From positions 26,548,464 to 26,612,463 of the forward strand of contig NC_043011.1 of the NCBI RefSeq assembly GCF_006345805.1: a DNA stretch of 64,000 nucleotides, written 5' to 3'. The stretch comes from Octopus sinensis (Eukaryota). The notes below the pieces were generated by a model. That model did not search any database and was not told where the DNA came from. It saw nothing but the letters and a program-made list of their open reading frames with translations. A program made the position numbers and the translations under genes. This document shows, in pieces, positions 12,868 to 23,569 of this stretch; within the stretch, counting starts at the first letter, position 1; every line of letters begins with the position of its first letter.

Positions 12868-15819
12868 CGCAGGCATGGCTGTGTGGTAAGAAGCTTGCTT
12901 CCTAAACACATGGTTCCAAGTTCCGTCCCACTGCGTGGCACCTTTGGCAAGTGTCTTCTACTATAGCCTCAGACCGACCAAAGCCTTGAGTGTATTTGGT
13001 AGACAAAATTAAAAGAAGTCTGTCGTCTATATATGTGTGTGTGTGTCTGTGTTTTTCCCCTTGCCATCGCTTGACAACCAATGCTAGTGTGTTTATGTCC
13101 CTGTAAGCTAGCAGTTTGGCAAAAGAAATTGATAAAATAAGTACTAGGCTAAGAAAAGAATAAGTCCTGGGGTCGAAATAAGTAGAAGAATAAAATATAT
13201 ATATATACATATATACACACACACTGATATTCACCACTGACCACATTTTCACCTGTGTTCACCATTCACCTCTGCTTCCATCTTTATCCATCAAACACTC
13301 TCACAAACTTACCAACTTTTTCACCCCATCCAATCAATCTGGACCACTTCTCTTTTATTGACCTTCCAGTTACATGACACATTTTCATCACCACATTTAC
13401 TCCTTTCCAGCTAGGGTAACCACGTATCCCCTCTACAGCAAGACATTAGTTTTGGTCGTTCTCTCATAATCTAACCTCCAATCATCTAGCATAAAGCCAC
13501 CTTCATCAATACTACATAACCCTCGGTTGAGAGGAATGTTGTATTGTGAGATTCTTGGTAACTTCATTAGCGCTAATGCTATGCAATAAGCACCCAGTAC
13601 ATTCTGTGAAGTGGCTGGCATTAGGAAGGGCATCCAGCCATAGAAAGCATGCCAAAGCAGACACTGAGGCTTAGTGCAATCTTCTGCAACTCATGCCAGC
13701 ATAGAAGACAAACATTGAATGATGAGGATACACACATGCATATGTGTGTCTGCCAGTTCACGTGCTTGCTTCTACTAAAGTTGCAACAGACAAGTGGTGT
13801 TACTTTTGTCAGAACTATAGACAAATCATCCATTAGCTTGACACCTATTAAGTTGTATGGAATAAGAGGCCCCTTATTTGAAAAACAGGTAAGGTTAGTG
13901 TCAGGAAGAGCATCTAGCTATAAAACAACACCTCTATAACATATTTGTCTAACCCATGCATGCATAGAAAAATGATGTGTGTGTGTGTGTGTATATATAT
14001 ATAAACATCATCATCATCCAACACTTGTCTCCCAAATGGTTGAATAGGATGTAACAAATCGAATTGTGCTATGCTCTGATGAAGCATTGATGACAGTTTT
14101 TACAACTGGATGCCTTTTCTAATGACAACCACTTCACAAAATGTACTGGATGTTTTTTGTTTTTTTTTGTGGTACCAACACCAGTGAGATCACCATGTCC
14201 CTCGCAAGACTAAATATCCCATTGACTGAGTAGAAGTATAGTATAGTGGGAGGCGGCTTTACACTTGGTGCTGAGGTTTCAAGTATGAAAGAACGGTCAG
14301 GAATATGTTTTCTGGAAGAAGAGATACAAAGCTATGTTTCACTGTATAATTGCAGGTGGGATTAATCAGGGTGCAAGTGGGAAGAGAAATAAAGACGGTA
14401 GTGACATGGTACCAGAATATGTTCTCAGGGTTATACTGTTAGATATATATTATATAGTTATTCTATATCTACACACATACACACACACTACAGGTTTTAT
14501 TAAATTCCACGTACATGGTGTACATGAACACAAGACAGTAGTAGCGTGATACTTATGCTATCAAACCTGGAGCAATGTGGTTTACAAAACAAACTTCATA
14601 GCACCAACACGCATACTTAATACGGTAAGGTATACTGAAGCACACTTTCATAGCTGTAAAAGATTAAGTTTACGTATTAGAAGCAATTTTACGAAGACTC
14701 CACATTATTTGAATACAAAATCTACATTTCAATATATCTTGTAAAAGATGGTGCAGAAACTTGGCAAGTTGATAGAAATTGTCAGATTAATAACTTTTAT
14801 CAATGAGAATTTATGAGCATTTAGAGACCTTCATACGGATATCAGCTTTAAGATTCTTCATACACTTCCCCATACAGCCATCTGTGTGTGTGTGATTTTT
14901 GATAGACTAGAAATAATGAACTTCATTGCGGTTGACATTTTGAGCAAAAATCGAAGATATTAATCAAAGGGAGGTAAGGAGAAAACTAATTTCCCTTTTA
15001 ATTTTACACTTTATTTTATTGTAGTTTCTTTTTCTCTTTATTGAGTGGATTCCTAGTTGTATATAAATTCTGATACGATGTAATAGACAGAGCTAATACA
15101 TAAATATGGAACAAGCTAATTATAGTTATTTTTTTTTTATTGGTAGTTACAAACGTCCAAAGTTGTTAATATGATGGGAGTACTCTCTTTATTGCCATGG
15201 TTTGGCTTTGCGAGCGAAGAAATTTCGTATTTCTTTGTAGCTTAACAGAATGAATTGTTTTTGTGTAGCATTTTAAATATTAGAACATTATAAAAAGAGA
15301 CACTTCTTTATAATTCTGAAGTATATTTGTACAGCTAACTAGAGTACATATTTCCTACATACAAATGTTATCAAAAATATTTATTAGTCAACAAAATTCA
15401 CACACACACACACAGAGAAATATATGGCTTTATATCAATTAGTAAACATAAGAAAACACTATCCATGCTGAGTTTCGCTGAATGTCAGCTGGTGTGGTAA
15501 ATGTAATACCGCTGACTATATCTATTCGAGTTATTTAAATAAGCAGTGTGCTGGGCATATGTTTTCAAGTTTACATACTTCGGCTTGTAAGGGATTATTA
15601 ATTAAAGTGCAATGTACTGTGTTATGTGCGTGGTCTCAAAACTAAATCAGTTTTAAAATTTGAATTATTTACGAAGATGTATTTCTACAGTTAACAAATA
15701 ACATTTCCATTATTTCAAAGGAAATTCTAACCATGTTGAAGCATCAAAAGTAATAATTGATACCTGTCAGAACCCTTTAAGGACGATTGGGTTTTAACAC
15801 GAAAGCTCTTCTTAAACAT
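550..15819 (-). CDS. EIF2D: Eukaryotic translation initiation factor 2D (ligatin), coding exons 1-7; 3' part lies beyond the left edge
   Basis: Seven GT-AG exons splice in frame (56+191+84+103+108+41+195 nt) to MFKKSFRVKTQSSLKGSDRKKLRADLVKAFPSLDEEALEELCPSKGDVSVMKISTHTGEIGFVYFYQRDPLVFELHKTFYPTVYLLWKHPKLLEPFTTWPTVFTKIAGGADLMLPGVIMKG...CSVNVQGNQSPLAIGKMLMSGLDMYESAMKGKGMTIIHYYGDELWAAGSKSEPP... This matches the eIF2D N-terminal DUF1947/PUA region as I know it (KGSDRRKLRAD, LYPTVY.LW, GADLMLPG, G..KGKG). Confidence 0.96.
1060..1250 (-). mobile_element. SINE family A head; other partial copies at 3095-3200 (+), 4020-4270 (+) and 8065-8260 (-)
   Basis: Alignment to family A. Confidence 0.75.
2060..2306 (+). 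mobile_element. Retroposon family C with a (GAT)n tail; other copies at 35-470 (-), 820-1030 (-), 2760-3050 (+), 13400-13735 (+), 14005-14300 (-) and 58145-58300 (-)
   Basis: Shared gttaggaagggcatccagctgtagaaac core and ggacgttaaacgatgatgatg tail. Confidence 0.8.
3205..3981 (+). mobile_element. Tc1-family (DD34E) transposon, 5'-truncated, frameshifted
   Basis: FSDES, VKHGGG..MIWG, FQDDN, SPDISIIEHLW motifs across ORFs 3398-3736 and 3585-3929; right TIR ggtgtttctattattttgttcaacccctg followed by TA. Confidence 0.92.
4385..4689 (+). mobile_element. Helentron/HINE-like non-autonomous rolling-circle element
   Basis: 5' actagcagtatcacctggcgttgctc; 3' cacacaacttcacttttatatataaagat; termini shared with the copies at 21811 and 33103. 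Confidence 0.65.
4885..5066. mobile_element. piggyBac-like MITE (degenerate)
   Basis: taacgctttagtattcagattactc ... aatgctaaaggtttaa; homologous to 8457 and 10141. Confidence 0.55.
5169..5209 (-). CDS. EIF2D: EIF2D exon 6, 41-nt small exon (W-AAGSKSEPPLIPS)
   Basis: attcag/ acceptor, CTG/gtaagt donor; its phases join exon 5 (TG/G = W) and exon 7 (G/AT = D). Confidence 0.9.
5327..5615. mobile_element. SINE family A plus-strand body fused to an inverted head
   Basis: Plus copy runs to about 5535, then a reverse-complement head ending ccactcctgcgcc. Confidence 0.7.
5734..5841 (-). CDS. EIF2D: EIF2D exon 5 (SPLAIGKMLMS...YYGDEL-W)
   Basis: ttcctgcag/ acceptor, CTG/gtaaga donor; 108 nt. Confidence 0.95.
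6703..7011 (-). mobile_element. tRNA-type SINE family D; relatives at 7730-8040 (-), 62893-63200 (+) and 63485-63640 (+)
   Basis: Head tgaaggcatgtggcttagtggttaggg, core gtgtccttgagcaagac. Confidence 0.75.
7032..7134 (-). CDS. EIF2D: EIF2D exon 4 (DLMLPGVIMK...VNVQGN)
   Basis: tttttaag/ acceptor, CCA/gtaagt donor; 103 nt. Confidence 0.95.
7240..7700 (+). mobile_element. RTE-type LINE relic (RT C-terminus)
   Basis: IWRDCALSKSIKLKLLKTL..ALYGCEVWSLK at 7410-7520. Confidence 0.65.
8457..8686. mobile_element. piggyBac-like MITE
   Basis: ttaactttttagcatt ... aatgctaaagggttaa (TTAA ends). Confidence 0.65.
9339..9422 (-). CDS. EIF2D: EIF2D exon 3 (VYLLWKHP...IAGGA)
   Basis: ttttacag/ acceptor, GCTG/gtaaa donor; 84 nt. 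Confidence 0.96.
9463..9871 (-). mobile_element. tRNA-type SINE family A, full-length
   Basis: Head ggcgcaggagtggctgtgtggtaagtagc, central microsatellite, tail (aagagta)n; about 20 copies in the window. Confidence 0.9.
10141..10362. mobile_element. piggyBac-like MITE
   Basis: ttaaccttttt gcattcagattactc ... aaatgctaaatagttaa. Confidence 0.62.
10435..10790 (-). mobile_element. Tc1/mariner-superfamily transposase relic (catalytic/C-terminal part)
   Basis: Clearly alignable by eye to 11925-12185; remnants of QQDS..H and PP.SP..NP.DY.VW motifs. Confidence 0.7.
10953..11143 (-). CDS. EIF2D: EIF2D exon 2 (KKLRADL...FYPT)
   Basis: ttttag/GAAG acceptor, ACAG/gtgag donor; 191 nt open. Confidence 0.96.
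11715..12185 (-). mobile_element. Tc1/mariner-superfamily relic with one TIR
   Basis: ORF 11841-12176 ends RFCSCLEAMVEANGGYFE; TIR-like tagggcgttcaagctaaatctggcag at 11715 resembles the end at 29665. Confidence 0.78.
12390..12570 (+). mobile_element. RTE-type LINE relic (RT N-terminal motifs)
   Basis: NYRAIKLL and TTDAIFL remnants. Confidence 0.55.
12866..13190 (+). mobile_element. SINE family A
   Basis: Head and body align to 9463-9871 in opposite orientation. Confidence 0.85.
15764..15819 (-). CDS. EIF2D: EIF2D exon 1 (MFKKSFRVKTQSSLKGSD-R)
   Basis: ATG at 15819; ends GACAG/gtatc; phase 2. Confidence 0.95.
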
Positions 15820-15844
15820 GAGTGATGATGCCAATTAAATACAA

Positions 15845-15915
15845 TCACTAAACCGGAAATACCTTTTACAAAAAGTATTGGATCTCTAAAATGAAGAAGT
15901 TAACTTCCGGCTTAT
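15845..15915 (-). promoter_or_regulatory. Probable EIF2D core promoter / TSS region with ETS-type motifs
   Basis: CCGGAAGT (minus, 15903-15910) and ACCGGAAAT (plus, about 15852-15860), 30-90 nt upstream of the ATG. Confidence 0.5.
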
Positions 15916-16779
15916 TTATAGTTTCGATTCGCTACAATAAATTCTATCCATCCTCACTCAGCTTAGAATATTTCACGCAAAAATATATATGCACAGACTT
16001 ATGCGTGTGTGTGTATAATATTTCATCATTCACATTATTAATTTTACAAAAAGGAAACCTTTCGTATTTAGAATATTAACTCGTTCCAAAACAGCAGACG
16101 AAACACAAAGCGCGGGAAAATGTTTTAAAGAATATTTTAAGAGGAAATAAACTTCGATGTAAAACTCTGTGTGTGTGTGTATGGGAGTACCCTGGGTTTC
16201 ACGTCCATAATGCACATGGCTTTACGGCTTATCAGATGCCAAAACCTGTTGGCTCAAGGCCTCTCTCTCTTTATATATATATTCGTAAGATGATAAGTAA
16301 CATAAATCATTATCATCAAAATCATCGGACACATTAAAACCAGGACTTCTGATATATCTGCATCCATTTCCAACTGTTCCATGCCTTAAGTTCCCTCCAA
16401 TACTTTCTATGTTAAACATTTTCCTCAGTGTAGCCCCAAGGCACTGATTTGTTTAGTTTGTTTATTCCTGTATTGTGTCGTTTCAAAATAAGCCGTCCAC
16501 TCTTATAACAATGCTCTTCGTGTAACAGATATTTCCATTATAGTAGAGCAATAATTTTTGCTTCCGTCTTTCATTAGTTAAACACTTTTAAGAAAATAAG
16601 GCACCGTAAGCAAAATTTTTCTTCTCTGCTTTCATTTTATTCCCCCACCACCGCTATCACCATATTTCAGTCGAATTTAATTCTGTTTATAAATATATAA
16701 AAATAATAGTTTCGTATTTGCAAACGTTCATCGGTGCACAATTTTGTATGGCATCTAGTTTCAAACCATGTCTAACACA

Positions 16780-17165
16780 ATGGAATTAGACTGTATGCCG
16801 GTTGCTTTGCTCACCACAGCAACATTATTAAACGAGCCCTAACCAGATTAAATATTCCTCGAGTCTGGGACTCAGTGGGATTGTCCGGGGACAATTGGAA
16901 GGGACCTGATGATAAGCTAGCTCACTGTTTGTCCTTACGCAAGAGGAAAAAGGCCAGATATGAGGCGCTTCTTAGAGGGATCTTCCGCTCCGTCTCATCT
17001 AGCTTAATGCTGCGATGTAAGTAGGTGTAACTAATTGTGGGTTATTGCATCCGTTCCTGAACGTAAGAAGACACTGAAATAGTTTTCAGTGAATGACATT
17101 TTTGAAGCTTTGTGACATTTGAGATGTTCATGGAAGCTGGATCACTTAAGAAGTTATAATTTTTG

Positions 17166-17197
<32 letters not shown>

Positions 17198-17200
17198 CAT
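16780..17200 (+). mobile_element. 3' relic of a CRE-like non-LTR retrotransposon (restriction-like endonuclease domain) with a (TTA)n tail
   Basis: Translates FAHHSNIIKRALTRLNIPRVWDSVGLSGDNWKGPD, resembling the RH..LN.IIKRAL...IP...EP.GL...DGKRPD motif; later RL..NAA..G remnant; (tta)n tail at about 17168-17198. Confidence 0.6.
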
Positions 17201-17699
17201 TACATTTTTTTTTTGTCATTGCTGACGTTCCCTCTCGCCGAAGTATCAGATGATATTCGTGTAGGTGTCTGGCTGTTAAAGCACTTCTGCCTAAGTAATA
17301 AACAGCTGCCTCGAATATTTTTACAGGGAAATACCATTTTATCCTGGTGCTATGTATAATTGAGGGAGTGTGTCTGCCTTTTTTTAAATTTTAATTATAT
17401 GTATTTATTTTCACACACACGCACGCACGCGGCTAACCTCTGTACATCTAAAAAATTCCACTCACTAAGTATAGCTTCAATATTGTTTACTTTTGTAAAT
17501 TGTGATTAAATCAAAGAAAGTACATATATAATTATGTCCAGCCTTAAATTTACTTCTATGACGCTTGCAACGAACACTTTCAATAAACGTGCCTACGAGA
17601 AAAAATTTTAACTGTTAGAAATAACAGCCTATCTTCTTTCAGATCAAATACTAGGATCTTAAAAAAAGACGATCGCATTAAATATAGTTCCTAATAACA

Positions 17700-17930
17700 C
17701 TGTATCTGATTAACGGTGAGCTAGAATAATCGTTAGCACGCCGGGCGAAATACTTAGCGGTATATCGTCTGCCACTACGTTCTGAGTTCAAATTCCGCCG
17801 AGGTTGACTTTGCCTTTCATCCTTTCGGGGTCGATTAAATAAGTACCAATTACGCACTGGGGTCGATATAATCGACTTAATCCATTTATCTGTCCTTGTT
17901 TGTCCTTGTGGGTTGTAAAGAAATATGTAT
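17700..17930 (+). mobile_element. SINE family B; other copies at 24365-24600, 35714-35900 and fragments at 47900-48240
   Basis: Shared core gagttcaaattccgccgaggtcgactttgcctttcatcctttcggggtcgata. Confidence 0.82.
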
Positions 17931-18261
17931 CTGATTAACGGGAAGAGTCGTCCTGATTTACCATATTCGATCATAAATTTATTCGAGATGGGGTGAACAA
18001 TCTTAACAATCAATAAGAAAAATAACAAGATAGCAATTACGGTTTAGGAAAGTTTCGATTTATATAAAAAGTTTGTGAAAATTTCGGTAAAAATAGTAGA
18101 GATTCTTTGAATTACGATGAATTTTATCATCAGCTATTAGGTAGTGAATGTCACGATTGCAAACATGTGCACTGTTAACCCATACAAAATGCAGACAGAA
18201 ACTCCGAAGCCATTAATAACTTTTTGTGAATATACGTGTTTATATTGTGCATTTGTATAAG

Positions 18262-18370
<109 letters not shown>

Positions 18371-18375
18371 CATAA

Positions 18376-19112
18376 CTACACAAGTGTACCCTCCCGGTTT
18401 TATTTCCTCATAACTTTCAGAAAATGTTTTTTTTTTTTTTTAATGGAATTTTTTCCCCCCAAATCCGCTTCAGATGGTGTACTAATACTATTATATTAGT
18501 ATTGGAAATTGTTGTGAAAAAGTTTTTCCGGGCATGGGGAGAGGAGTTTCTGAAAATTCACACAAGTTGGCTTAGTTCCTCATAACTTTCAGAAAGAAAA
18601 AAACTGGTTATTTTCTAATGAAGTTTTATACAAATACCCTTCAGATAGTGTAGATTACGACTGTATCGAGATTTAATCTGAAGAAACCAAAATGGTGAGC
18701 ACACACACTTATATTCTGACACATCGCAATTTTTTTTCGAAATTTCTAGTTTCATTTTGAAGATATACATATGGTGCGTGTCAGTATGTAACGCGTGCAT
18801 ACCCACAATTTTTCGTTTTTTTTTTCTTCACATTACATTCCGATATTATCGTAATCTACAAACTTTGAAAGATATTCTTTAAAAATTTCATTGAAAATAC
18901 GCATTTTCTGAAAGTCATGCGGAAACAAAGCCGACTCGTATGAATTTTCTGAAACTCCTCTCCCCACCTCCGAAAAAAAAAAGTTTTCACAATATTTAAT
19001 CAGAATTCACAGCATCTGAAGTATATTTTGTAGGAAATCTCTTTAAAAAGACATCCATTTTCTGAAAGTTAAGCGGAAACAAAGTTGAGTGGGGGGCGGC
19101 GCACTTGTGTAG
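18376..19112. mobile_element. Degenerate foldback-type MITE with subterminal repeats
   Basis: Ends ctacacaagtg / cacttgtgtag; tcctcataactttcagaaa twice on the left and inverted (tttctgaaagt..gcggaa) twice on the right. Confidence 0.65.
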
Positions 19113-19239
19113 GTATACCTATAGTATATATATATATATATTTAAATAATAAGGGTGAAAAATTGAATATTAATTTGATTAATATCAATTTAAAACTAGT
19201 GGTCTAGCATACTGAAAAATCTGAAGATTCAGAAAAATT

Positions 19240-19441
19240 ATATTACATACATATAAGTGCGATGACCACTAAGTGGACATCCATTATGCTAGAGGTAGAC
19301 CCCATATGGTCTGACCACTAGATTGTTCTCAAGATTTTTTCTTGAGAACAATCTATTCTTAGTGGTCTGACCATATGAGGTCTACCTCTAGCATAATGGA
19401 TGCCTACTTAGTGGTCATCCCTCATATATGTATGTAATATA
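19240..19441. repeat. About 200-bp near-perfect foldback (hairpin)
   Basis: Arms of about 95 bp around a T-run loop at about 19335-19340. Confidence 0.85.
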
Positions 19442-19443
19442 TA

Positions 19444-19537
<94 letters not shown>

Positions 19538-20577
19538 GTCTTTAAAGCTTAGTGCTTTATGGATGCGAAACCATTGGTTACTCTCTAACTAGACATGTTT
19601 AACCGCATGTAAATATATATATATTATTTAATCGGCAATAGTTAAAAAGTGACTGAAGGACCGAGAGATTATCTTCATTGGCACTTATCAAACTTTGAAG
19701 TGTGCGCGTGCACGCATGTATATACATACATACACAAGATGGATAAATAGATAGATAGACAGGCAGACAGACAGACAGACAGACATACAGATAGATCGAT
19801 AGATAGATACGTCGTGTATATTTACATATATACATGAATATAGGGGTGTGGCACACAGTAATATTTACTGCATTTTCGACTTGGAGAAAAAAGAAACCTT
19901 TTTTAATAACCGTTTACTGTCTTACAAAAACTATACTAGCTAAGCAAGTGACCTTTTCTAAATTCATTGAAAATACTATAACATATTCAAATCGCTATTT
20001 CAGAAAATTATCTCCGTTCTCTTTGAGTATATAAAAGGCAAGTTTAGATGGAACAAAATAATTAAGATACGATAAAGTAAATTCTGCCTCTTCAATTCTC
20101 CAGAATTTCGCTTGGAAAAAGACTCATACACATCAATATCCATCCGTTGACACGAGAAAGATCAGAAATGCAACAGAAATTTTAAATATCTGAGCCAAAT
20201 CAAATGAAAGATGATCATGGAAAATGGCACATTATATGAATTTAACGAAATTCGTCTAGATCTAAAAACTTAAAATATTCTCTATAGCTTCTTCATAATC
20301 TGCTAAAGTGGCTCTCCTCCAGATATATACTGATGCGCCATGCAGTTACTGAGAAGAAATTATTGAAATTGGTCATTATTCATTTTACCTCAATTTAGAC
20401 ATCAGTTTTGAAAATTGAAAATTATCAAATTAGACATTAGTATGGGAAAAAAATTGACTTGGAATCCAACAGAGAAAAAAATATTGATTGTTAAACACCA
20501 AAAATTATCCACATATTTTATTAGCAATCTCAATTACAATCAAAGCTGAGAAAAATTTTCTTGAAACAAAAAAAAAC

Positions 20578-20930
20578 AACCACATGGTTCCGGGTTCAGT
20601 CCCACTGCGTGGCATCTTGGGCAAGTGTCTTCTGCTATAGCCCCGGGGCGACAAATGCCTTGTGAGTGGATTTGGTAGACGGAAACTGAAAGAAGCCTGT
20701 CGTATATATGTATATATATATGTGTTTGTGTGTGTTTGTCCCCCTAGCAGTGCTTGACAACCGATGCTGGTGTGTTTACGTCCCCGTAACTTAGCGGTTC
20801 GGCAAAAGAGACCGATAGAATAAGTACTGGCCTTACAAAGAATAAGTCCCGGGGTCGATTTGCTCGACTAAAGGCGGTGCTCCAGCATGGCCGCAGTCAA
20901 ATGACTGAAACAAGTAAAAGAGTAAAGAGT
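20578..20930 (+). mobile_element. SINE family A, 5'-truncated
   Basis: Alignment to family A. Confidence 0.88.
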
Positions 20931-21357
20931 ACCTAACAGGTACTCTCTCTCAACTTCAACAATAACAAGACCAACGATGCTGACCAAATTTTACTCCCCA
21001 AAATAATGCAACAACTCAAAATGATGATGCAGTACCTGTAATGTAATAGCTTGAAACAGGCAGAGAAAAAAATGACAAATAAAAAATCAAAAAAAAAAAA
21101 AATCAGATATTACTCATTGTGCCCCACTTACCAATTAAACCTTCCTCCCTATGTGCGCCCCCCCCCCCACACACACACATACATATTTATATATGTATAG
21201 TTTCCTTCTTAAATTTGCCATTATCAACCTCAACTTCATCAACGTTAATCTCAAATTCGTAATCTCTGATTCAATTTCATTATCGTCAGTTTCGATTACG
21301 TTTTTGTTAACTTCAATTTCATCATATCAATTTAAAAGTTGTCATTATATACAGACG

Positions 21358-21764
21358 TAGGCGTAGGAGTGGCTCTGTGGTATGTAGCTTGCCTACCAAT
21401 CACATGGTTCCGGGTTCAGTCCCACTGCGTGGCACCTTGGGCAAGTGTCTTCTACTATAGCCTGGGGCTGACCAAAGCCTTGTGAGTGGATTTGGTAGAC
21501 GGAAACTGAAAGAAGCCCGTCGTATATATGTATATATATATATGTGTTTGTATGTCTGTGTCTGCACACCCCCTCCCAACATCGCTTGACAACCGATGGT
21601 GGTGTGTTTACGTCCCCGTAACTTAGCGGTTCGGCAAAAAGAGACCGATAGAATAAGTACTAGGCTTACAAAAGAATAAGTCCTGGGGTCGATTTGCTTG
21701 ACTAAAGGCGGTGCTCCAGCATGACCACAGTCAAATGACTGAAACCAGCAAAAGAGTAAAAGAG
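21358..21764 (+). mobile_element. SINE family A, full-length
   Basis: Alignment to family A. Confidence 0.9.
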
Positions 21765-21810
21765 ACGTTGACATCAATGATAACTTCTCACAGAATTACA
21801 AAAAAAGAAA

Positions 21811-22325
21811 ATCTATATATATAAAACTGTAGTTGTGTGAGTGTTTGTCCCCTTCGATTTAGATTCCTAACTACTCCCACATTTTGCGGTGCAGTTTAAC
21901 CAAATTCGGGTATCTTATAGTCGTGATTAATATCGAGCCCGTCTGGCTATTAGCGCGCGTCTACGATGAGTCTACGATTTTAAAAATAATTTAACATAAT
22001 TTTTTATTCCATTTTAATGATTAATTTTTCGTGTGTCGATGGCGGCGGAGTTGGCGTCCATGGTCACACCTGCACCTGTTTGCTTCTCTCCCTTCTTCCC
22101 TCCCTCGTGAAGCTGTGGGGAAGGGAGTGTAAGGAAATCAACGTCGTAAAGCGTTGTCAAGGAGACCAGCGTTCTTTTAGAACAACGACTTCATGACTTG
22201 AAGACACCAAAACAGAAATGGCTAAGAAAGCCCGAATTGGCATCTATAAGAGAAGTAACTCTCTAAAAATGCTTATATAGTTATTTCCCTTACAAACCCG
22301 AGCAACGCCGGGCGATACTGCTAGT
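21811..22325 (-). mobile_element. Helentron/HINE-like element with an extra internal segment of about 225 bp
   Basis: Aligns to 4385-4689 at both ends; 22021-22245 is absent from that copy. Confidence 0.68.
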
Positions 22326-22409
22326 GTTATATAAAGGATTATAGTAATAACATGCATTTCTGTAAATAAACGTACGTCAGATGTATTATACATACTATAC
22401 TATACATAC

Positions 22410-22860
22410 TTTACATGTTTCAGTCATTTGACTGCGGTCATGCTGGAGCACCGCCGTAAGGGGTCTTTTAATCGAAGAAATCGACCCCAAGACTTATTCT
22501 TTGTAAGCCTAGTACTTACTCTATCGGTCTCGTGCCGAACCGCTAAGTTACGGGGATGTAAACACATCGACATTGGTTGTCAAGCAATGGTGGGGTTACA
22601 AAAATAAACACACCACATATACACTTAAACACACATAAATACATACATACATACATACATACATACATACATACATACATACATCTATGTATGTATGTAT
22701 TCTTTCTTTCTTTTATTCTTTTACTTTTTCCATCATTTGACTGCGGCCATGTTGGAGCACTGCCTTTCGTCGGACAAATCGACCCCAGCACTTATTCTAG
22801 TACTTAATGAAGGTGCCACGCAGTGGGACAGAACCCGAAACCATGTGGTTAGGAAGTAAA
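22410..22860 (-). mobile_element. SINE family A, rearranged/partial copies
   Basis: Alignment to family A. Confidence 0.75.
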
Positions 22861-22964
22861 CACGGCAAAGAGAAAACTAAAGAACTTCCGTTTCTTAATT
22901 CTTAACATATTCCTAAAAAATGCGCCGATCAACAAACACATACACACACACAAAATGTGCATGT

Positions 22965-23566
22965 GTGTCTGTATTTTCCTCAGAATATTGACATTTTTTT
23001 TTTTGCCGAAAAGGCTCCTCCCATGGTCTTTAAGTTTTAAAAAAAATTGGCAAAATCGGTCCGGTGTCGGATGGTGAGGAATGATGGGGAGCGGGCGGGA
23101 GTAAAAAAATTTCCAAACTCTTTTTCATGAAAAGATGTCCCCATCATTTCGAAGGCTATGGTGAAATTTTTAATAATAGGAAAAATTCCCGTGAAAACGG
23201 AGTAGTTCTAACTTATTTGGTCTTCCTGATCCGAAACTCCGTTTTTTCAAAACTCCACTCACCATCCCGTCGGAAAAATTTCTCCCAGCAATTTCTTTAG
23301 AAAGGTATTTTCCGTTAGAAAGGTATTTGTATAAAATTTCATTAGAAGATGCCCATTTTGCCCGAAAGTTACGAGGGAAAAAAAGTTGGATCGTGTGAAT
23401 TTTCTGAAACTCCTCTCCTCACTCCCTTGGGAAACTTCTTTCCCATAATTTCCTATATACTCTGATTCCACAGCATCTAATCGATATTTGTTGAAAATTT
23501 CGTTAAAAGGTATCCATTTCTCTGGAAGTTATGAGGTAGCAAAGTCGTTGGAGTACACATCTGTAG
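22965..23566. mobile_element. Diverged relative of the 18376-19112 element
   Basis: 23395-23566 aligns to 18940-19112 (gaattttctgaaactcctctcc, cacagcatct, ccattt..tgga agttatgagg). Confidence 0.55.
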
Positions 23567-23569
23567 TTA

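Noticed and set aside
21180-21345. Acidic, coding-looking minus-strand stretch (DEIEVNKNVIETDDNEIE / EINVDEVEVDNGK)
   Set aside because: Needs a frameshift, has no splice sites, and is low complexity.
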